Assembly: GCA_965205345.1 (NCBI GenBank)
Contig: CBDBGQ010000024.1
Location: 253-64,252, forward strand
DNA length: 64,000 bases
Direction: 5' to 3'
Source of the DNA: Acidobacteriota bacterium
GTDB lineage: Bacteria > Acidobacteriota > UBA6911 > RPQK01 > CBDAPI01
Notes under the pieces: model-generated
What the model saw: only the letters and a program-made list of their open reading frames with translations
What the model was told of the DNA's origin: nothing
Databases searched by the model: none
Made by a program: the position numbers and the translations under genes
Shown: positions 59,074 to 64,000 of the stretch, piece after piece
How positions within the stretch are numbered: position 1 is the stretch's first letter
Layout of the letters: every line of letters starts with the position of its first letter

Positions 59074-59205
59074 CTCAGAAAGCGTTGCCTGAACGTAGGA
59101 GGAGTCGATTTCGAATCTCATGATCAGATCGAACTTACTTCATTTCACAGGGCTGACGAAAGCGGACGGCTGGCTTCACCCCGCAGGAGTTTCACCTTAC
59201 AATGA

Positions 59206-59751
59206 GTGAAGATGAAACTCATTCGCGACTGGTTAGGGCAGTCTTCCCCGGCTCGAACAGCTTCCGAGAGCGAGAGCGCGACCATTCGCGAGATCACCCG
59301 AAAACTGGATCAACTGCCGGTCGAGCAGGCTCGCTACATGGCCGCCTTCGCCTACATTCTGGGGCGCGTGGCCCACTCTGACCTCGACATCAGCGAAGAG
59401 GAGACCGGGGCAATGGAAGAGATCGTGGTGAGGGAGGGCGAACTCTCGCCTGATCTTGCCATCATTGTCGTCCAGATGGCCAAGTCCCAGAACCTGCTTT
59501 TTGGGGGGACGGAGAACTTCCTGGTAACACGGGAATTCAAGAAGATTTCGACCCAGGAGCAGAGGAAGAACCTGCTGCAGTGTCTCTTTGCCGTCTCGTC
59601 CTCGGATGATTCGATCTCCGTTGTGGAGGACAACGAGATCAGACAGGTCTCCAAAGAACTCGGGATCACACACTCCGAGTTTATCTCCATCCGATCGCGT
59701 TTTCGGGAGTACCTGGCGGTCCTCCGAAAGCCCGAACAAAAAACGGATTGA
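59206..59751 (+). CDS. TerB-family protein
   Basis: VAHSDLDISEEE and LFAVSSSDDSISVVE paired motifs. Confidence 0.8.
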   Translation: MKMKLIRDWLGQSSPARTASESESATIREITRKLDQLPVEQARYMAAFAYILGRVAHSDLDISEEETGAMEEIVVREGELSPDLAIIVVQMAKSQNLLFGGTENFLVTREFKKISTQEQRKNLLQCLFAVSSSDDSISVVEDNEIRQVSKELGITHSEFISIRSRFREYLAVLRKPEQKTD

Positions 59752-59800
59752 ATCAAGAGAGCCAAGAAACTGGGAACTGCCTGCCGGTCCAGAGCGTCAA

Positions 59801-59826
59801 TAAGTACTCACGTCCGTAAGTACTCA
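59801..59826. promoter_or_regulatory. Direct repeat TAAGTACTCA x2, candidate regulator site
   Basis: Perfect 10-bp repeats at 59801 and 59817, upstream of the RBS of the next gene. Confidence 0.4.
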
Positions 59827-59863
59827 GGCTATTACCGGGACGGGAGTACATCGAGGAGGAACC

Positions 59864-60292
59864 ATGAGGAAGCCTTTTGTCATTCTGATGTTCGTGTTGT
59901 TGACGAGTGCCGCCGCCTGTTCCCGCATCGAACAGGAAGTCGTCTCGACACTTCTCAGCAACTATGTCACTGCTCAGGAAGCTCTGGCCTCGGATGACCT
60001 GGTTTTGGCAGTACACGCTTTCGATGGGACGGTGACGGACTCGGACGGTGAACTCGAGAAGATTATTCTAGCGATTTCAGAAGCGGAGGATCTGGAGGTC
60101 GCCCGCTCCAAGTTCAAGGATCTCTCGGACCAAGTACTGGAGATGGAACTTCCCGAGGGTTTTGTTGTGGTCCACTGCCCCCTGGCGGATGGCGGCAAAG
60201 GAGCTGACTGGGTGCAAAAGGACGGAGACATAGCCAACCCCTACTTCGGAACAGCCTTGAAGGAGTGCGGCGAGATCAAAGAGAGGAATTAG
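59864..60292 (+). CDS. DUF3347-like lipoprotein (metal-efflux-associated domain)
   Basis: ALASDD, ARSKFKDLS, HCPLA..GADW, IANPYFG...CG motifs; GAGGAGG RBS. Confidence 0.8.
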   Translation: MRKPFVILMFVLLTSAAACSRIEQEVVSTLLSNYVTAQEALASDDLVLAVHAFDGTVTDSDGELEKIILAISEAEDLEVARSKFKDLSDQVLEMELPEGFVVVHCPLADGGKGADWVQKDGDIANPYFGTALKECGEIKERN

Positions 60293-60346
60293 CGGCTTCC
60301 GCGTCCCAACGTGGAACTTGGAACGGAGCGAGCGCAGCGAGCGCGA

Positions 60347-61312
60347 TCATTCCGTCGAGGCCGGGTCGGGCTCACGTCCCTCCGCCTTGTAGAGGCTGTA
60401 AATGGGACCGCCGGGCAGGGCTACGATCATCACAATAAAGAATTGGAGGAGACCCAGAGCCACAGACGTTTCGTCCTGGACGGCCAGCTCCGCAAAAAGC
60501 AGCAGGTACACACACTCACGCAGGCCTAACCCGTTGATCGTGATCGGGACCATGATGCTCAGATTCACCAGAGGTATGAAGATCAGAAAGACTCCGAAGC
60601 TGGTGCCGAAGTTCAGGGACTGGGCGGCAAACCACATCACACAGACAGCTACAAACTGGATGATCCCTGAGAGACCGAGAATGACGAGGACGGACCCTGG
60701 AGCTCGAATCAAGGCTCTGAGACCCTCATAGATGAGCTGGAGCTTCTCATCCAGGGACTCCATCTCAAACCGGTTCAGGAGCCGGCTGACTGCCCGATGC
60801 GACCAGTCGTGGAACATGGCCACGTTAATCAGGACGTAGGCCGAAGTGAGCCCCATGAAAACTCGGGACAGCCGGACCCCCTCCACTGCAATATCAGAGT
60901 ACAGGGAAGAACAGAGGCCGATCAGGAGGAGAGCGAACAGCCCGACGCTCCGATCCAGAAGGGTGGTCGTCAGCATTTGGGAGATTCCCCTCTTGGTGCG
61001 CCGGGAGACGTAATAGGCACGGAATACGTCACCACCGATCGCGGAGGGAAGAAAGAGACTGAAGAAGTTCCCCATGAAGACAATGCGAAGTGCCTGCAGG
61101 TAGGAAATCTGAATCGTGAAATAGGAGAGGATGATCTTCCATCGTACGACCGCAACCAGGGTCAGGCTCAACTGCAGCAGAACGGCCACAAGAAGCGGCC
61201 CCAGTCGGGCCGAGGTGATGACGGAAGCCAGAGTTCCCAGATCCAGCTTGTAGCCAAGGCCCAGGAGAAGCAGGACGGTAAAGATGATCTTCAGGAGAGT
61301 CTTCCAGTTCAT
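60347..61312 (-). CDS. Lysylphosphatidylglycerol-synthase TM domain (flippase-like) protein
   Basis: RW, FLPSAIGGDVFR, LDR, PITINGLGLRE motifs. Confidence 0.88.
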   Translation of the reverse strand: MNWKTLLKIIFTVLLLLGLGYKLDLGTLASVITSARLGPLLVAVLLQLSLTLVAVVRWKIILSYFTIQISYLQALRIVFMGNFFSLFLPSAIGGDVFRAYYVSRRTKRGISQMLTTTLLDRSVGLFALLLIGLCSSLYSDIAVEGVRLSRVFMGLTSAYVLINVAMFHDWSHRAVSRLLNRFEMESLDEKLQLIYEGLRALIRAPGSVLVILGLSGIIQFVAVCVMWFAAQSLNFGTSFGVFLIFIPLVNLSIMVPITINGLGLRECVYLLLFAELAVQDETSVALGLLQFFIVMIVALPGGPIYSLYKAEGREPDPASTE

Positions 61313-61317
61313 CCGTC

Positions 61318-62526
61318 TTATCCCTGCTCCATCCCCAGATGAGTCCATATGTGCGCGAAAATGCCCCAGGGCGTGCGGTCGTAGACAATGGCGGGGAGAA
61401 ATCCTGCTGCCAGACCCCAGGCCAGGCTGTAGAGGGCGACTCCCGTGAACAGTCTCGAACGCAGGGCTGACCAGTCAACCGAGATCATCAGGATCGGAAT
61501 CATCGGAACCAGGTACCGCGAGCTGAAGCCAGTTCCTCCCATCCAGTCAGAATAAAGGGCATGAACGCCGACAAAAGTGACCATGGGCAGCCACTCATCA
61601 AGATTCTCCCACACCCTCCGGCAACCCCAGAGCAGTATTGGGCAGAAGATCAGCAATCCATTGGCCGGATCGATCAACAGACCCCCCCCCCTCGGACTCA
61701 GTTGGAAGCTGGTATGGACCCCGGAGTGAAAAATGGCCTGGTGGCCCGTGACGTCCTGAAACATCCATTGAGCCGTCACTACAACGGTCAGCAGAGCCAG
61801 GAGAGCAGAACCTGAGAGTGCAAGTCCCGAGCGCCACTTTCCTTTCAGACACAAAGCGATCCCCATCGCCGCCGGGACCACGAAGAAAGGGTACTTGATC
61901 AAGGTCCCCAGGAACCCGAGGAGGAATTTCGCTTTTTCGTTCCTTGCAGAGAGCAACGCCATCCAGATGGCGGCGATCCAGGGCTCTGTCCAGATATCCC
62001 GGGAGTAGCAAAGCAGCGGACTGGCCAGCGCTGCAAATACCACCACCGTTGATTTCCGGTATCGAAACCGCCCCAGACGCTGTGCCATGAAGAGGACGGC
62101 AACCAGTCCTGCTGTACAGGTGAGCCAGACACAGAGAGGTTCCACCCAGAGTGTTCCTGCCAGGGGCCAGGCAAAGAAGGACAGGAGCAGGGCAAAAAAA
62201 GGGGAGTGAGTACCCAACTCACGTCCCCTGCTGTCAACATCAACATGCCGGTCGACCTCGACGCCCCGAAATCGCGAGCCGGCATCCCAGTCGCCGCCAA
62301 GCGCCTGCTCGTAGTTATTCCTCAAGTCGAAGTCGCCGTCTTCAACCAGGCTGTTGACTGCAACCAGATAGTGGGGTGAGTCTCCAGAAAGGGCTCTGGG
62401 CAGGCCCAGCGCAAACTGTCCCCAGCGGAGCGAGGGAAGCCCCCTCATTTCCTTCTCATCCGAGGGGGCGTGAACCGTTGTGGCAACCAGAAAGGTCAAA
62501 ACAACCAGAGCAATACTGCGACTCAT
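61318..62526 (-). CDS. Polytopic membrane protein, GT-C glycosyltransferase-like
   Basis: GDSPHYL..SLVEDGDFDL luminal loop, many TM helices, W.GG...RYLVP. Confidence 0.6.
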   Translation of the reverse strand: MSRSIALVVLTFLVATTVHAPSDEKEMRGLPSLRWGQFALGLPRALSGDSPHYLVAVNSLVEDGDFDLRNNYEQALGGDWDAGSRFRGVEVDRHVDVDSRGRELGTHSPFFALLLSFFAWPLAGTLWVEPLCVWLTCTAGLVAVLFMAQRLGRFRYRKSTVVVFAALASPLLCYSRDIWTEPWIAAIWMALLSARNEKAKFLLGFLGTLIKYPFFVVPAAMGIALCLKGKWRSGLALSGSALLALLTVVVTAQWMFQDVTGHQAIFHSGVHTSFQLSPRGGGLLIDPANGLLIFCPILLWGCRRVWENLDEWLPMVTFVGVHALYSDWMGGTGFSSRYLVPMIPILMISVDWSALRSRLFTGVALYSLAWGLAAGFLPAIVYDRTPWGIFAHIWTHLGMEQG

Positions 62527-62553
62527 ACGATCCTGTTAGGATACTCTGCACTC

Positions 62554-63972
62554 ATGTCAAAAGCCGCAGCCATTCGGGCTATCCTCGAGACTCGAACTCT
62601 CAGGATCACCGGGGTCATTGGCAGTGAACTCCTCAACCTGTTCTTTTGTGCCCTGGGTTTCCTGTACTTCGAGTGGTGGATGGGTGTATGGCTCGTGGCT
62701 CTGGCCACAATCACTCATGCCTCGCGGGGTTGGGGACTGAGGCTTCTCTTTTTTTCGGTGTCAGTCGATCTGGCTCGACCGGTGCTTGGACAGATCTTCG
62801 TTTCTTACTCTGAAATGCAGATTGCCGTGTTCCTGTTATCCTGGTTTGCCAGCACTGGGTGGCGAAAAGACAGGCTGATTTTCGACTGGAAACTGTTGCG
62901 TTGGAGCGCTCCTTTCCTGCTCATCATCTTGGTGTCGGGGGTCTTGTCCTCGTCGATTCTGCGGGCCGCCGCCAACTCACTCCGATTTGCAGAGATGTTC
63001 ATTCTCGCGTTCTTGACAGCCAACGCTCTCAGAGAGGGTTCCTCTTCCGCCCCCCGGTTTCGTTGGTTCCTTCTGCTGGCCGCTCTTTTCTATTCCATCG
63101 TCGGTGCTTTCCAATTCCCCGTGGCTCCGTTTGGTCGGATTTACTCGACCTTTACCAACCCGAACCAGTTCGCAGGGTACCTTAATTTGCTTCTCCCTTT
63201 CGCCGTGATCCTTTTCTTCTGGAGCCGCAAGGGTGAACGGGCCCTTTGGGGCTACTCCTGCGTTATCTTATTGCTGGCCAGCGCCGCGACGATCTCCCGG
63301 GCCGGCTTTCTGGCGAGCCTCTGTAGTGTCGCCACAGTTGTGGCTCTTCACCTGCGCCATCAAAGTCGCTCTGACCTTTGGCGGGCTCTCAGGAAACTGC
63401 CTTCACACAGCCGCTCTCTCCTGCCGCATGCTCTGCTGGGCATCACTCTTGCGGTGGCTCTCTCGCTGGCACCTCCAGTCCAGCGGGCCGTTCGAGAGTC
63501 GGTTGGGAATGTCGTGGCCCGTTCCAGGAGCGGATTCGTTTCTTCCTTTCAAGAGGTGCGTCAGCCCTTTTTCGAGGTCGGATGGGCCATCTGGAAAGAG
63601 AACTTCTGGCTGGGTGTCGGTCCTGGGAACTACGGCAGGGCACTTGAAAAAAAGAGGGAGCTGATCAGGAGCTATCGAGGAAGATTAAATGCTCCCCGGG
63701 TTTTTTTTCGATCCATCAGTTCCCATGTTCACAGCCTGTACCTGCAGACGTGCGTGAACTTTGGAATACTCGGACTGGCAGCCTTCCTCTACTTTCTCCT
63801 GCGCCTGTTGCTGGCTTTGCTCCGAGAGTCCAGGGGCTCGCCTGCGGCGATCGCTGGTGTCGGTCTGCTGGTCGGTTTCCTGTTCCACAATCTACTGGAA
63901 GTGACGTTCCCGAGTCTCGGTATCGAAATGGGAATCCTGCTGGGCCTGGCCTTTAGCGGCAACCGACTTTGA
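62554..63972 (+). CDS. O-antigen ligase (Wzy_C) family protein
   Basis: TFTNPNQFAGYL, TISRAG, GVGPGNY, HVHSLYLQ..GILG motifs. Confidence 0.88.
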   Translation: MSKAAAIRAILETRTLRITGVIGSELLNLFFCALGFLYFEWWMGVWLVALATITHASRGWGLRLLFFSVSVDLARPVLGQIFVSYSEMQIAVFLLSWFASTGWRKDRLIFDWKLLRWSAPFLLIILVSGVLSSSILRAAANSLRFAEMFILAFLTANALREGSSSAPRFRWFLLLAALFYSIVGAFQFPVAPFGRIYSTFTNPNQFAGYLNLLLPFAVILFFWSRKGERALWGYSCVILLLASAATISRAGFLASLCSVATVVALHLRHQSRSDLWRALRKLPSHSRSLLPHALLGITLAVALSLAPPVQRAVRESVGNVVARSRSGFVSSFQEVRQPFFEVGWAIWKENFWLGVGPGNYGRALEKKRELIRSYRGRLNAPRVFFRSISSHVHSLYLQTCVNFGILGLAAFLYFLLRLLLALLRESRGSPAAIAGVGLLVGFLFHNLLEVTFPSLGIEMGILLGLAFSGNRL

Positions 63973-64000
63973 TCCATCGGTGGGGAAGTGCTACCTTGAC

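Larger units (their letters stand above)
56557..59121 (-). pseudogene. ArgE/DapE-family M20 deacylase interrupted by IS256 type B
   Basis: NAHYDTV, GRGAYDMK, DEE, EPT, AH motifs; N-terminus MRFEIDSSYVQATLSE (59121-59074) rejoins LISINSVNP below 57685. Confidence 0.88.

Noticed and set aside
1-64000. tRNA, rRNA, prophage, reverse transcriptase or defence-system genes
   Set aside because: No such sequences or motifs were recognised by eye; a covariance-model or HMM scan would be needed to exclude divergent ones.

Overview
GC-rich bacterial chromosomal window. The gene content (Acidobacteria-style secreted beta-propeller proteins, sulfatases, lpxA, cinA/rimO cluster) suggests an Acidobacteriota-like Gram-negative, which is inference only. 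It is heavily colonised by insertion sequences: three IS1380 copies, two copies of one IS256 plus a second IS256 type, one IS5, one IS1182-like element, one IS481-like element and a 46-bp MITE. One IS1380 contains an IS256 that itself contains the IS1182-like element. Several IS copies lack target duplications and join truncated gene fragments. Coding content includes a heterotetrameric sarcosine-oxidase/N-methylglutamate-dehydrogenase-like operon, orphan Zn-ribbon-less ribosomal protein genes (S18, S14, L28), sulfatases, peptidases (M19, S9, M16 pair, M20), BNR/VPS10 propeller proteins, a YfiR gene with an outer-membrane barrel partner, and surface-glycan genes. About seven single-base frameshifts and one in-frame TGA are present, from long-read error or pseudogenisation. 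The most unusual non-genic signals are: (i) oriented 7-bp tandem-repeat arrays that begin at stop codons and face each other between convergent genes; (ii) a ~184-nt multi-hairpin element and a run of further hairpins beside the IS481-like element; (iii) a FixJ-type HTH remnant with a 99-bp internal inversion; (iv) GTAG/GTGG-footed REP-like elements, one of which is an IS1380 target. No rRNA, tRNA or CRISPR array was seen. All family calls are by motif recognition, not database search.
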